Shown here: positions 9,669 through 19,927 of the stretch, one piece after another | Numbering within the stretch: the stretch's first letter is position 1 | How the letters are laid out: every line of letters begins with the position of its first letter | From: Candidatus Latescibacterota bacterium | GTDB taxonomy: Bacteria > Latescibacterota > UBA2968 > UBA8231 | Direction of reading: 5' to 3' | DNA length: 64,000 bases | Assembly (NCBI GenBank): GCA_965215195.1 | Contig: CBDCDC010000002.1 | Coordinates: 4,416,001 to 4,480,000, forward strand | Made by a program: the position numbers and the translations under genes | The notes under the pieces: generated by a model | What the model saw: the letters and a program-made list of their open reading frames with translations, nothing else | The model's database searches: none | What the model was told of the DNA's origin: nothing

Positions 9669-10895
9669 ATGGCGCATATCAACGATCACTACCTCAAGCT
9701 CAAAGCCGGTTACCTCTTTCCAGAAATCGCCCGTCGGGTCGATGCGTTTGCCGCCGCTCACCCCCAAGCCGACGTGATCCGCTTGGGGATCGGCGACGTG
9801 GTCAAGGGCATACCGCGGCCCATCGTCGATGCGATGAAAGAAGCCGTCGAGGAAATGGCTCACGACGACACCTTACAAGGCTATCCGCCCGACCAAGGTC
9901 AGGAATTTTTGCGTGCAGCCATTGCCGAGCACGACTTTGGCGCACGCGGCGTGTGCGTTCACAGCGACGAGATTTTTATCTCCGACGGCTCTAAGTGCGA
10001 CTCGGGCAATGTGCAGGAAATTTTCGCCGGCGATTGCGTAGTTGCGCTGACCGATCCGGTCTATCCGGTGTACTGCGATTCCAACGTCATGGCCGGCCGC
10101 ACCGGCCGAGCCGACGCGAGCGGTTCGTACGCCGGCTTGATCTACATGCCGTGTACGGCCGCCAATGGCTTCGTGCCGGACCTGCCCGCCGGCCACGTCG
10201 ATCTGATCTACTTGTGCTCGCCCAACAACCCGACGGGCGCGGTGATGACCCGCGCCGCCTTGGCCCGCTGGGTCGCATACGCCCGTCGCGAGCAGGCCGT
10301 CATTTTGTTTGACGCGGCCTACGAGAGCTACATCACCGATCCGGCGATCCCGCACTCTATCTACGAGGTCGAAGGTGCCCGAGAGGTGGCCATTGAGTTT
10401 CGCAGTTTTTCCAAAAACGCCGGCTTTACCGGCCTGCGCTGCGGGTACACTGTGGTGCCAAAGGAGCTTACGGGCCGTGCGGCCTCGGGCGAGGAAGTGG
10501 ACCTGCATCGGCTGTGGGCGCGCCGGCACTCGACCAAGTTCAACGGCGTGGCGTACCCGGTGCAGCGCGGTGCGGCGGCCGCGTACACCCCGGCCGGCCG
10601 GCAGGGCATTGCCGAGCGGGTTGCGTTCTACATGGAAAATGCCGCGATCATGCGCCAGCAGTTGGGGGCGGCCGGGCTTGCCGTGCATGGGGGCGAGCAC
10701 GCGCCCTATTTGTGGGTGGCCACGCCCGACGGGCAAGACAGTTGGACCTACTTTGACTCCTTGCTCGACAAGGCCCACATCGTCGGCACGCCGGGTGCGG
10801 GTTTTGGCGCGGCCGGCGAGGGATACTTGCGCCTGTCGGCCTTCAATCACCGCGACCGCATCGAAGAGGCCATGGCGCGGATTAGCCAGCGCTAG
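9669..10895 (+). CDS. dapL: LL-diaminopimelate aminotransferase
   Basis: [43 protein letters not shown] and [10 protein letters not shown] motifs. Confidence 0.95.
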   Translation: MAHINDHYLKLKAGYLFPEIARRVDAFAAAHPQADVIRLGIGDVVKGIPRPIVDAMKEAVEEMAHDDTLQGYPPDQGQEFLRAAIAEHDFGARGVCVHSDEIFISDGSKCDSGNVQEIFAGDCVVALTDPVYPVYCDSNVMAGRTGRADASGSYAGLIYMPCTAANGFVPDLPAGHVDLIYLCSPNNPTGAVMTRAALARWVAYARREQAVILFDAAYESYITDPAIPHSIYEVEGAREVAIEFRSFSKNAGFTGLRCGYTVVPKELTGRAASGEEVDLHRLWARRHSTKFNGVAYPVQRGAAAAYTPAGRQGIAERVAFYMENAAIMRQQLGAAGLAVHGGEHAPYLWVATPDGQDSWTYFDSLLDKAHIVGTPGAGFGAAGEGYLRLSAFNHRDRIEEAMARISQR

Positions 10896-10917
10896 GCCCG
10901 CGTCTCATCCTTCCTTA

Positions 10918-10962
10918 CTGACGTTACGCACCGTTCAGGCCCCCACCCGTGCGTAACGTCAG
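10918..10962. mobile_element. 45-bp mini inverted-repeat element with 7-bp flanking direct repeat TTCCTTA; may also act as a terminator
   Basis: ctgacgttacgcac...gtgcgtaacgtcag; ttcctta at 10911-10917 and 10963-10969; same end sequence at 27855-27867. Confidence 0.65.
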
Positions 10963-10997
10963 TTCCTTATGTTTGCGACAATTCCGCTAAAAAATGG

Positions 10998-11061
10998 TTA
11001 CATATTGACTCGCCACCAGCGATTCATTAGATTACATATATTCATTAAATTTTATATAAAA
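10998..11061 (+). promoter_or_regulatory. sigma70 promoter with overlapping direct repeats (candidate operator)
   Basis: TTGACT (11005-11010)-N17-TAGATT; TTACATAT at 10998-11005 and 11032-11039; palindrome TTTTATATAAAA at 11050-11061. Confidence 0.6.
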
Positions 11062-11074
11062 AATAAATAATTTC

Positions 11075-11284
11075 ATGCCAACCAAAGATCAGAGTCGCCG
11101 GGCCAAAGTGCGAACTTTTTCGGCGCCCGACAGGGATCACGAGATGCTCGACGCGATTGCCCGCTATCACGGCAGCAGCAAAAGTGCCATGATCGCCGGC
11201 CTCATTCGCAAGGAGTTTTGGCGCGTTTTTCCCAACGGCACCGAGACCATCCCCCCGGACGAAGGAGCGCAAGTCAAGCCATGA
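11075..11284 (+). CDS. small ribbon-helix-helix (CopG-like) DNA-binding protein
   Basis: 69 aa; strand-like KVRTFSA, helix DHEMLDAIARYHG, turn SKS, helix AMIAGLIRKEF; ATGA overlap with nadA. Confidence 0.65.
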   Translation: MPTKDQSRRAKVRTFSAPDRDHEMLDAIARYHGSSKSAMIAGLIRKEFWRVFPNGTETIPPDEGAQVKP

Positions 11285-12261
11285 CCTACTCACAGACGCT
11301 CGCCCCAGCCGAGTACTATAGCGACCTGCCCGCCGAGGAGCTCATCGCCCAGATCGACCGCTTGCGCCGCGAGAAAAACGCGGTCATCCTCGCGCACAAC
11401 TATCAGATCCCCCCGATCCAAGACTTGGCCGACTTTACGGGTGATTCGCTCGGGCTGTCGGTGGAAGCCGCCCAGGCGGATGCCGAGCGCATCGTCTTTT
11501 GCGGTGTGCATTTCATGGCCGAGTCGGCCAAAATCCTCAGCCCCGACAAGCAGGTGTTCTTGCCCCATTTAGGCGCGGGCTGTTCGCTGGCCGACTCCAT
11601 CACCCCGGAAAGCCTCGACGATTGGAAAGCGGACTATCCCGACCACGCGGTGGTGACGTATGTCAACTCCACGGCCGAGGTGAAGGCCGAGTCCGACATC
11701 TGCTGCACTTCGGCCAACGCCGTCTCGGTGGTGCGCAGCCTCAATAGCGACAAGATCCTCTTTACGCCCGACCGCAACTTGGGCCGCTGGGTGGCCGAGC
11801 AGGTACCGGAGAAAGAGGTCGTCGTGTACGACGGCGCTTGCCCAACGCACGACGTGCTGCGCGCTGCCAGCGTTGAGCGCACCCGCACGGAGTTCCCCGA
11901 GGCCGTCATCATCGCGCACCCGGAATGCCGCGAGGACGTGGTCGAAATCGCGCACGAAGTGTGCTCGACCACCGGGATGCTCAAGGCCGTAGAAAAGTAT
12001 CCCGAGGCCAAGAGCTTCATCATCGCCACGGAAAACGGCATGTTGCACCAGCTCCGGCAGCGCTTCCCGCACCAAGAATTCGTAGCGGCTGACGGCTGCA
12101 TTGGCTGCCGGCTGCACTGCCCCTACATGAAAATCACCGACTTGCAAGACGTGTACTTTTCGCTGCTATACGAGCGCTACGAAATCACCTTGGACGACGA
12201 GGTGATTGTGGGGGCGCGGCGGGCGTTGGAGCGGATGATGGCCGTGCCGAGGGACAACTGA
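11281..12261 (+). CDS. nadA: quinolinate synthase
   Basis: ILAHNYQ, GDSL, FCGVHFMAES, GCSLAD, TYVNS, CTSANA, AHPEC and CPYMK motifs; ATG at 11281. Confidence 0.95.
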   Translation: MTYSQTLAPAEYYSDLPAEELIAQIDRLRREKNAVILAHNYQIPPIQDLADFTGDSLGLSVEAAQADAERIVFCGVHFMAESAKILSPDKQVFLPHLGAGCSLADSITPESLDDWKADYPDHAVVTYVNSTAEVKAESDICCTSANAVSVVRSLNSDKILFTPDRNLGRWVAEQVPEKEVVVYDGACPTHDVLRAASVERTRTEFPEAVIIAHPECREDVVEIAHEVCSTTGMLKAVEKYPEAKSFIIATENGMLHQLRQRFPHQEFVAADGCIGCRLHCPYMKITDLQDVYFSLLYERYEITLDDEVIVGARRALERMMAVPRDN

Positions 12262-12467
12262 GCTAACAGGGTGCTCACTTGTGGCGACGGAGAGATCGAG
12301 TCTCCTCTTCCAAAACGCCCGCGCCTTTGCCGCTCAAAGCTAGGTTGACGCCCTCGCTGTGTGCTGACAAACTATACCTTCATTTATTTTTCTATTTTTC
12401 CCATCAGCCCAGTTGGAATTGCGAATTGCGAATCGCTAGTTTGCAATTCGTCTTAATAGGAGCCTCC

Positions 12468-13451
12468 ATGACCGAACCCATTCGCTGGGGCATCCTCGGC
12501 CCGGGCAGCATTGCCCACAAATTTGCCGGCGGCCTCCAGGCCATTCCCGAAGGAGAGTTGGTCGCCGTTGGCTCGCGCGACCAGCAGCGCGCCGACACCT
12601 TTGCCGACCAGTACGGGGCCCCCAACCGCCACGCCTCGTACGAGGCCCTCAGTGCCGATCCCGACATCGACGCGGTGTACGTGGCTACCCCCCATCCCTT
12701 CCACAAAGACAATTCGATCCTCTGCCTCGAAGCTGGCAAGGCCGTGCTCTGCGAGAAGCCCTTTACCATCAACGCCGTCGAGGCCGAAGCTGTCGTCGCC
12801 TGCGCCCGCGCCAATGGCGTCTTTCTGATGGAGGCCATGTGGACCCGCTACCTGCCCATTATGGTGCAGGTGCGCCAGTGGCTTGACGCCGGGACCATCG
12901 GCGAGCCGCTCATGGTCAGTGCTGACTTTGGTTTTCGCGCGGGCATCAATCCCGCCGGCCGGCTTTTTAACCCCACTTTGGGCGGCGGTGCCCTGCTCGA
13001 CATCGGCATCTACGTCGTCTCCTTGGCGGCGATGGTTCTCGGGTCGCAACCAGCTCAGATCGCCGCGGCCGCGCACCTCGGCGAAACCGGCGTTGACGAG
13101 CGGACGGGCATCGTGCTCCGCTATAGCAGCGGTGCCATTGCCAACCTCTCCTGTGCCATCCGCGCTTCGACTCCCCACGAGGCCCGCATCGTCGGCAGCG
13201 AGGGGACGATTGCCATTGACCCTGCGTGGTGGAAAGGCGAAAGTGCCACGCTCAAAGCCGGGGACCGCAAAGAGCGCGTTGAGTTGCCCTTGGCCGGCAA
13301 TGGCTACAACTACGAGGCGCGAGAAGTCGCTCGTTGTCTCGGCGAAGGTCTAAAGGAGAGTGCGGTCACGCCGCTCGACGAAACCGTGGCGCTGATGCGG
13401 ATCCTCGACGAAATCCGCGCCCAGATCGGCTTGAAATACCCAATGGAATGA
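12468..13451 (+). CDS. Gfo/Idh/MocA family oxidoreductase
   Basis: WGILGPGSIA, VYVATPHPFH, LCEKP, LMEAMWTR, GGGALLDIGIY; ATG 12468 after AGGAG. Confidence 0.9.
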   Translation: MTEPIRWGILGPGSIAHKFAGGLQAIPEGELVAVGSRDQQRADTFADQYGAPNRHASYEALSADPDIDAVYVATPHPFHKDNSILCLEAGKAVLCEKPFTINAVEAEAVVACARANGVFLMEAMWTRYLPIMVQVRQWLDAGTIGEPLMVSADFGFRAGINPAGRLFNPTLGGGALLDIGIYVVSLAAMVLGSQPAQIAAAAHLGETGVDERTGIVLRYSSGAIANLSCAIRASTPHEARIVGSEGTIAIDPAWWKGESATLKAGDRKERVELPLAGNGYNYEAREVARCLGEGLKESAVTPLDETVALMRILDEIRAQIGLKYPME

Positions 13452-13464
13452 AAGGAACGCACTC

Positions 13465-14433
13465 GTGCAATACGGCAACGTACAAGGTATCAAAAAGAAG
13501 GTCTCGCGCTTGGTTCAAGGCTGCATCATGCTCACCCGCCGCCGCAAGGAAGAAGGCTTTGCCCTGCTCGACGCCGCGTGGCAAGCCGGCATCGCGGCCT
13601 ATGATTCGGCGCACGGGTACGGCGGCGGCGAAGTGGATCGCATGCTCGGGTTGTGGATGGAGGAAAGGGGCAACCGCGATGAAATCGTCGTCATCGGCAA
13701 GGGCGCACACCTCAATCAAGACCGCAATCGCGTCACCCCGTACGACATCGCCTCGGACATGGCCGACTCGCTAGTGCGACTGCGCTCCGACTACATTGAC
13801 CTCTACCTTTTGCACCGCGACGACCCGGCGGTCCCGGTCGGCCCCATCGTCGAGGCACTCAACGAGCACCACGCGGCCGGCCGCATCCACGCGTTTGGCG
13901 GCTCGAACTGGACGCCGGAGCGCTTGGCCGAAGCCAATGAATACGCGGACCAACGCGGGCTCGTGCCTTTTGCGGCCTCCAGCCCGAACTTCAGCTTGGC
14001 GGATCAGATCGCCGAGCCGTGGAAGGATTGCCTGTCGATTGCCGGCCCGGGCCAAGCCGCCGCCCGCGCGTGGTACGCGGAGCGCGACATGCCGCTCTTT
14101 ACTTGGTCGAGCGTGGCCCGCGGCTTCTTCTCGGGCAAAATTACCCGCGCCAACGCCGAGCAAGTGCGCGACCAATTCGACAGCACCATGTCCAAATCGT
14201 ACTACTGCGAAGACAACTTTAAGCGGCTCGACCGCGCGTGGGCACTGGCCGAAGAAAAGGGGCTGTCGGTGCCGCAGATCGCCTTGTCGTACGTGCTTAG
14301 CTATCCGCTCAGCATCTACGCCTTGGTCGGCAGCATGAGCGGCGCTGAGATCGCGGCCAACGAGCAGGCCCTCGACAACCCGCTCACCGAGGCGGAGATG
14401 GCGTGGCTGGATTTGCGGAGTGAGGAGCGCTAA
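13465..14433 (+). CDS. aldo/keto reductase
   Basis: DSAHGYG, SLVRLRSDYIDLYLLHRDD and FGGSNW motifs. Confidence 0.9.
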   Translation: MQYGNVQGIKKKVSRLVQGCIMLTRRRKEEGFALLDAAWQAGIAAYDSAHGYGGGEVDRMLGLWMEERGNRDEIVVIGKGAHLNQDRNRVTPYDIASDMADSLVRLRSDYIDLYLLHRDDPAVPVGPIVEALNEHHAAGRIHAFGGSNWTPERLAEANEYADQRGLVPFAASSPNFSLADQIAEPWKDCLSIAGPGQAAARAWYAERDMPLFTWSSVARGFFSGKITRANAEQVRDQFDSTMSKSYYCEDNFKRLDRAWALAEEKGLSVPQIALSYVLSYPLSIYALVGSMSGAEIAANEQALDNPLTEAEMAWLDLRSEER

Positions 14434-15885
14434 ATGCGTCCCAATATCGTCGTCCTGATGTCCGACCAGCAGCGGCTCGACACGGTGAGCTGCTACGGGC
14501 TTAACGAGGTCTGCCAGACGCCGCACATCGACGCCTTGGCCGCCCGCGGCGTCCGCTTTGACTCGGCCTTCACGCCGACCGCGATCTGCTCGCCGGCCCG
14601 CGCTTCCTTTTACACGGGCCTCTATCCGCACAAGCACGGCGTAACCGCCAACGGCCTGTGCCTGCGCGAAGGTGTGCGCGGGTTAAATCACTATCTGGCC
14701 GAGATCGGCTATCGCTGCGGGTACGCTGGCAAGTGGCACGTAGATGAGCAGACCGGCCCTACGGGCTACGGGTTCACCGGCCAGGACTTCATGGGCTACG
14801 CCTTTCCGGGGGCCGACCTGCTCCCCGGCCTGCAGTTCGGTGCTAAACCGCGCGGCCACAATCCCTACGCCGATTATCTCAAGGAGCGCGGCTTTGACCC
14901 GCCGCCGGTCTCGCACCGCTTTGTCGGCACCAACCCTTCGAATCAGGCGCAGGAGATGTTCGCATTGCACGAGGGGCCGCTCGAGTCGTGCATTGAGTAT
15001 TTCGTGGCCGAGGAAGCCATTCGCGTCCTCGACGAAGTGGCCGCTGATGAGCAGCCTTTCTTTCTTTGGGCCAACTTCTGGGGGCCGCACAGCCCCTCGC
15101 TGGTTCCGGAACCGTACTTTTCCATGTACGATCCAAAGGCCATTCCCGAACACCCCGGGTACGCCGAGACCTTTGAGAAAAAGCCCTATCGCCAGCAATT
15201 GATCGAACGCCTGTGGGGGTTGGGGGACTACGGCTGGGCGGGGTTTCAGGAAATCGCCGCCCGCTACTTTGGGCACTGTACGCTCATCGACGACATGGTG
15301 GGCCGGGTGGTGGCTCACTTGGAACAATTGGGCGTCCTCGACGACACCATCATCGTCTATACCTCGGATCACGGCGACTGCCTCGGCGCGCACAAGCTGA
15401 TCGAGAAGGGCGAGTTCATGTACGACGAGATCTACCGCATCCCGCTCGTCGTGGCCCACCCCGCCTGTCAGGCCCCCGGCACGGCCTGCGACGAGTTCGT
15501 CTATCTGCACGAAATCATGCTCTCGGCGCTCGACGCGGCCGGTGTCGAAGTTCCCTCCGCCCTTGACGGCGCGTCCTTTCTCCCGGCCATAGAGGGCCGT
15601 CCGTTTGCAAACGGCCGCGAGGAAGTGTACTGCGTGTTCGACCGCCATTTTACGGTCGCCAACCAGCGCATGGTCCGCACCCGCACCCATCAATTCACCT
15701 TTAATTCGGGCGACCCGGGCGAGCTGTACGACTTGCAACGCGACCCCTATCAGCTCGACAACGCGTACGGCGATCCGGCGTATGAAGCCGTGCGCCAAGA
15801 CTTGATGGGGCGGATGGACCGCTACATGGAGGAATTGGGCGACCCATTGCGCGGGTGGTTTGGGCGGATTAAGGGGGCGTATTGA
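14434..15885 (+). CDS. sulfatase (Cys-type formylglycine)
   Basis: RPNIVVLMSDQ, CSPARASFYTG, GKWH, TSDHG and ELYDL motifs. Confidence 0.92.
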   Translation: MRPNIVVLMSDQQRLDTVSCYGLNEVCQTPHIDALAARGVRFDSAFTPTAICSPARASFYTGLYPHKHGVTANGLCLREGVRGLNHYLAEIGYRCGYAGKWHVDEQTGPTGYGFTGQDFMGYAFPGADLLPGLQFGAKPRGHNPYADYLKERGFDPPPVSHRFVGTNPSNQAQEMFALHEGPLESCIEYFVAEEAIRVLDEVAADEQPFFLWANFWGPHSPSLVPEPYFSMYDPKAIPEHPGYAETFEKKPYRQQLIERLWGLGDYGWAGFQEIAARYFGHCTLIDDMVGRVVAHLEQLGVLDDTIIVYTSDHGDCLGAHKLIEKGEFMYDEIYRIPLVVAHPACQAPGTACDEFVYLHEIMLSALDAAGVEVPSALDGASFLPAIEGRPFANGREEVYCVFDRHFTVANQRMVRTRTHQFTFNSGDPGELYDLQRDPYQLDNAYGDPAYEAVRQDLMGRMDRYMEELGDPLRGWFGRIKGAY

Positions 15886-15992
15886 CGGGCGCGGATAGGC
15901 TCAATGGCCTACATTTTCGCCGTGTATTTGCCAAGTAGAGGCGACTTCTGCATATCTATTGACGCCCTACATTCCCCACGAGGAGGTGTTAG

Positions 15993-17279
15993 ATGGAAAT
16001 GTTCCTGACCTTCGCCCTAGTTTTTGCTGTGTTGCTCGTCGTGGTCATCGTCATCGTCAGGACGAACCTCTTTATCTGCCAGCCCAACGAGGTCATCATT
16101 TTTTCGGGCCGCAAGCGCCAGACGGCCGACGGTCGGGCGGTGGGCTACCGCGTAATTAAGGGGGGCCGCGCCTTTCGCATCCCGCTCCTCGAAAAGGTCG
16201 ATCGCCTCGACTTGCGGACGATTCCCCTCGAAGTATCGATCACCAACGCGTATTCCAAAGGCGGCATCCCCCTGTCGGTGCAAGGCATCGCCAATATCAA
16301 GATCGCCGGCGACGAGCCCCTGCTCGGCAACGCGCTAGAGCGATTCTTGGGCATCCAGCTCGCCGAGGTCCAAGACATTGCCAAAGATACGCTCGAAGGC
16401 AACCTGCGCGGCGTCCTCGCCACCCTGACCCCGGAAGAAGTCAACGAGGACCGCCTCAAGTTCGCCCAATCGCTCATCGGCGAAGCGGACGTCGATTTGC
16501 AGAAGCTAGGCCTAGTGCTCGACACGCTCAAAATCCAGAACGTCACCGACGAGGTTGGCTATCTCGACGCTATCGGCCGCAAGAGCACGGCCGCGGTTCT
16601 CAAAGAAGCCGAAATCGCCGAGGCCGAAAACCGCGCCGAATCACAGGAGAAATCCGCCGAGGCCCGCCGTCGCGGCGAGGTCGCTGACGCCGAGGCTCAG
16701 GTCCAGATCGTCGATGCACAAAACACGCTCCGGGTCCGCAAGGCCGAGTTGGAAGGCGAGGGCTTGGCCGCGGAGAAACGCGCCGCGCAAGTTGCCCGCA
16801 AAGCCGAAGTCCAGGCCGAGCAGCAGGTTGAGCAGGAGCGCCTAGCACTGCAAAAGCGCCGGCTCGAAATTGAAGTCATTGAACCGGCCCGCGCCGACCG
16901 CGACGCAGCCGAGCTGCGCGCCAAGGGCGAGGCCGCCAACATCCTCGAAAACGGCCTCGCCGAGATCGAGGTACTCAAACAGAAAAACGAGGTCTGGACC
17001 ATTGCTGGCCCCAACGGCAAGGAGCTGTTGTTGATCCAGATGCTGCCGAATTTGGTCGAGCAAATCACCGCCATGGCCAAGGACATCAAAATTGACCACC
17101 TCGCGGTCGTCGATTCCGGCAATGGCGGTCAGAGCGGCCTGCCGGCGGTCGTCAACCAGATTGGGACGCTGGCTCCTGCGCTCTTCGAGAGCATCAAGGC
17201 CACTACCGGCGTTGATCTGGCCTCGGTCGTCGCTGCCAAGGCCGACGGGCAGGTCCCGACGCAGGAAGCCACCCGCTAA
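15993..17279 (+). CDS. flotillin/SPFH domain protein
   Basis: N-terminal TM, SPFH domain (LEGNLRGVLATLTPEEVNEDR), Ala/Glu-rich coiled coil. Confidence 0.9.
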   Translation: MEMFLTFALVFAVLLVVVIVIVRTNLFICQPNEVIIFSGRKRQTADGRAVGYRVIKGGRAFRIPLLEKVDRLDLRTIPLEVSITNAYSKGGIPLSVQGIANIKIAGDEPLLGNALERFLGIQLAEVQDIAKDTLEGNLRGVLATLTPEEVNEDRLKFAQSLIGEADVDLQKLGLVLDTLKIQNVTDEVGYLDAIGRKSTAAVLKEAEIAEAENRAESQEKSAEARRRGEVADAEAQVQIVDAQNTLRVRKAELEGEGLAAEKRAAQVARKAEVQAEQQVEQERLALQKRRLEIEVIEPARADRDAAELRAKGEAANILENGLAEIEVLKQKNEVWTIAGPNGKELLLIQMLPNLVEQITAMAKDIKIDHLAVVDSGNGGQSGLPAVVNQIGTLAPALFESIKATTGVDLASVVAAKADGQVPTQEATR

Positions 17280-17310
17280 AGCAGGTGGTTTTTAACGGGC
17301 AGGGTTTTCT

Positions 17311-17811
17311 GTGGATCTCTTCTATCTGTACTTGAGCGGCTTGATCGTCGGGGGGATCGCCGTTGGTGCCTCGCTGTTTGGCGGGGACAGCGATGGCGTG
17401 GGCGACGGCCTGCGGGTACTGGCCTTTTTGCGGCTGCGGCTGTTTTTCTTTTTTGCCTTCTTTTTTGGTTTGGCCGGGCTACTCGGCAGCCTGCTGATGG
17501 CCCCAAGTGCTGCGTTGTTCACGGCACTGGGCACCGGGGTAGTCTGCTCCTTCGTGGGCGACTGGATTTTGAGCCGACTGAGCATCTCCACCGCCGACAG
17601 TTCGCTGGAAGGCGACGACTTAATCGGGCTCGAAGCCGAAGTCACCGTCCCCATTGCCACGGGCAGCACCGGCAAAATTTCCGCTACCATCCAAGGCCGT
17701 ACCATCGAACTGTTGGCCCGCCGGGCCGACGCCCAAGGCCCTCTCAACCCGGGCACCCGGGTCTTGGTCCTCGAAATCCGCGATGGCGTCGCCATCGTCG
17801 ATTCGAGCTAG
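17311..17811 (+). CDS. NfeD-like flotillin partner
   Basis: Hydrophobic N-terminus and C-terminal OB-like LIGLEAEVTVPI...GKI...VLVLEIRDGVAIV; directly downstream of flotillin. Confidence 0.8.
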   Translation: MDLFYLYLSGLIVGGIAVGASLFGGDSDGVGDGLRVLAFLRLRLFFFFAFFFGLAGLLGSLLMAPSAALFTALGTGVVCSFVGDWILSRLSISTADSSLEGDDLIGLEAEVTVPIATGSTGKISATIQGRTIELLARRADAQGPLNPGTRVLVLEIRDGVAIVDSS

Positions 17812-18646
17812 CGCTACTCTACCCCTCCAAAGCGGCAGACGATTTCGTAGAGCACCTGCGTCGCGAAGAGCAACTCTTCCACGGCGGTGCGCTCGTCGTG
17901 GCCGTGGATCAATTCCATCTCCTCCTCGCCCGGCTGCTGCCGGTAGGGCATAAAGCCGTATATCTGGGTTGCGGGTCGGCGCGGCACAATGTGCTTGGCG
18001 TCGGTGCCGGCCGGCATCAAATACGGGAGCACCGGTGCGCTTGGCTCGCGCTCCTGCATCACGGCCGCAATCGCGCGGAAGAGCGCAGTATCCGCGCTCG
18101 CTTCCAGCGGCGGCGTGTACTGATCGATCTCGATGGCGACCTCATCGCCGACAAACGTGCGCAGCTCGGCCGCGAAACTTTCGGCCGTCTGCCCGGGCAC
18201 TAAGCGCCCGAAATCCGCGATGGCGTCGCCATCGTCGATTCGAGCTAGCGCTACTCTACCCCTCCAAAGCGGCAGACGATTTCGTAGAGCACCTGCGTCG
18301 CGAAGAGCAACTCTTCCACGGCGGTGCGCTCGTCGTGGCCGTGGATCAATTCCATCTCCTCCTCGCCCGGCTGCTGCCGGTAGGGCATAAAGCCGTATAT
18401 CTGGGTTGCGGGTCGGCGCGGCACAATGTGCTTGGCGTCGGTGCCGGCCGGCATCAAATACGGGAGCACCGGTGCGCTTGGCTCGCGCTCCTGCATCACG
18501 GCCGCAATCGCGCGGAAGAGCGCAGTATCCGCGCTCGCTTCCAGCGGCGGCGTGTACTGATCGATCTCGATGGCGACCTCATCGCCGACAAACGTGCGCA
18601 GCTCGGCCGCGAAACTTTCGGCCGTCTGCCCGGGCACTAAGCGCCC
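17773..18646. repeat. exact 437-bp tandem duplication (17773-18209 and 18210-18646)
   Basis: Both copies carry the nfeD 3' end and the M20 peptidase 3' end; ORF 17814-18200 duplicates the peptidase C-terminus. Confidence 0.9.
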
Positions 18647-19594
18647 ATCAATCCAAGCGGTCGCCTCCCCGGGAATCACGTTGATTTTGGAACCGGCCTG
18701 CACCATGGTCGGCGAGGCCGTGTTGTGCAGGACCGCGCCCAATTCGCGGCGCAAAGTGCTGCCGATGGGCAGGTCGCGCAGCGCGGCGTCGGCCGCCGCT
18801 GGGTCGAGCACTTGCCGCCACAGGGCGGCCTCGGGGGCCGGACGGCGGCTGGCAATCCCCTCGACAAAGCGGCGCACACTCGCGGACACGTGCGCGGGAA
18901 ACGCGGCTCCTGCCAAGCCGGCTAGTGCTCTGGACAGCTTGACGATTGCGCTGTCGCCGTGCGGCATGGAGCCGTGCCCGGGTGCTCCGCGGGCGATCAG
19001 GCGCAGCCGGCACAGCCCCTTTTGCCCGGTTTGGCAGGTGTAAAACCGCTGCTCGCCGACTGCAAAATCGCTGCCGCCACCCTCGGTGATAATCAAGGGC
19101 GCGTCCCACAGGTCCGGTCGATTGTCGATAATCCACCCCGGCCCGTGATCGCCTTTGCCAGCTTCCTCGTCGGCCGTGGCGGCGAAGACGATGTCGCGGT
19201 TGAGCCGGACGCCTTCCCGTTGCAACAGGAGCAACACCATCAGATTCGCCGCGACCATGTTCTTCATGTCGAGCGCACCCCGCCCCCACACGCAGCCGTT
19301 GGCCAGCGCACCCGAAAAAGGCGGGTAGGTCCAGTGCTCCGGCTCGGCAGCTACCACGTCGGTATGCCCCAAGAGCATGAGCGGCGGCTCGTCGCCGCCG
19401 GCCAGCCGCGCGAGGACATTGCCCCGCCCGGGCGCGGACTCCACGAAGAGCGGATCAAAGCCCTCGCGCCGCAGCACACTTTCGAGATAGTGCGCGGCTT
19501 CGCTTTCGTTGCCCGGGGGGTTGGTGGTGTCGATGCGGATGAGGGCCTGTAAATGCCCGGTCACTTCGGTGCGCACAGCTTTCCAGTCGATCAC
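18251..19594 (-). CDS. M20/M25/M40 family metallopeptidase (ArgE/DapE-like)
   Basis: GHTDVV, WGRGALDMK, ADEE, GHGS, AGTD and IHGHDER motifs. Confidence 0.9.
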   Translation of the reverse strand: MIDWKAVRTEVTGHLQALIRIDTTNPPGNESEAAHYLESVLRREGFDPLFVESAPGRGNVLARLAGGDEPPLMLLGHTDVVAAEPEHWTYPPFSGALANGCVWGRGALDMKNMVAANLMVLLLLQREGVRLNRDIVFAATADEEAGKGDHGPGWIIDNRPDLWDAPLIITEGGGSDFAVGEQRFYTCQTGQKGLCRLRLIARGAPGHGSMPHGDSAIVKLSRALAGLAGAAFPAHVSASVRRFVEGIASRRPAPEAALWRQVLDPAAADAALRDLPIGSTLRRELGAVLHNTASPTMVQAGSKINVIPGEATAWIDGRLVPGQTAESFAAELRTFVGDEVAIEIDQYTPPLEASADTALFRAIAAVMQEREPSAPVLPYLMPAGTDAKHIVPRRPATQIYGFMPYRQQPGEEEMELIHGHDERTAVEELLFATQVLYEIVCRFGGVE

Positions 19595-19856
19595 AGCTAT
19601 TCCTTTACATCAAAGCTCTCAGGGCGTCCGAGGCGTCTATGAGCAGCATTCTCCCAATCTTCGCAGAAGCGATTCAGGCAGCGTGGTGTAAGTCGCACCG
19701 GAATCTACCAGCGCAATAACGGCACGGATTTCGGCCTATTTCGCGCAACGCCTGCCAGTTTTTCTAGGCCGTGCTGACAATACGGACCATGCCCCTTTTG
19801 TGCTAAAAATTTCTCAACTCTATTTATAACAATAAGATAAGAAAAAGTTAAACACG

Positions 19857-19873
19857 TTGGCACGGCTTTTGCA
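19857..19873 (+). promoter_or_regulatory. sigma54 (-24/-12) promoter of hsp20
   Basis: TTGGCACGGCTTTTGCA matches consensus YTGGCACG-N4-TTGCW with GG-N10-GC spacing; AT-rich tract upstream. Confidence 0.8.
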
Positions 19874-19927
19874 ATGCAATGGGCAAAGGCCATACAAACC
19901 AACCACCCCTCAACAAGGAGAAAAATC

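Noticed and set aside
17814-18200. 128-aa ORF as an independent gene
   Set aside because: It is the duplicated C-terminus of the M20 peptidase.
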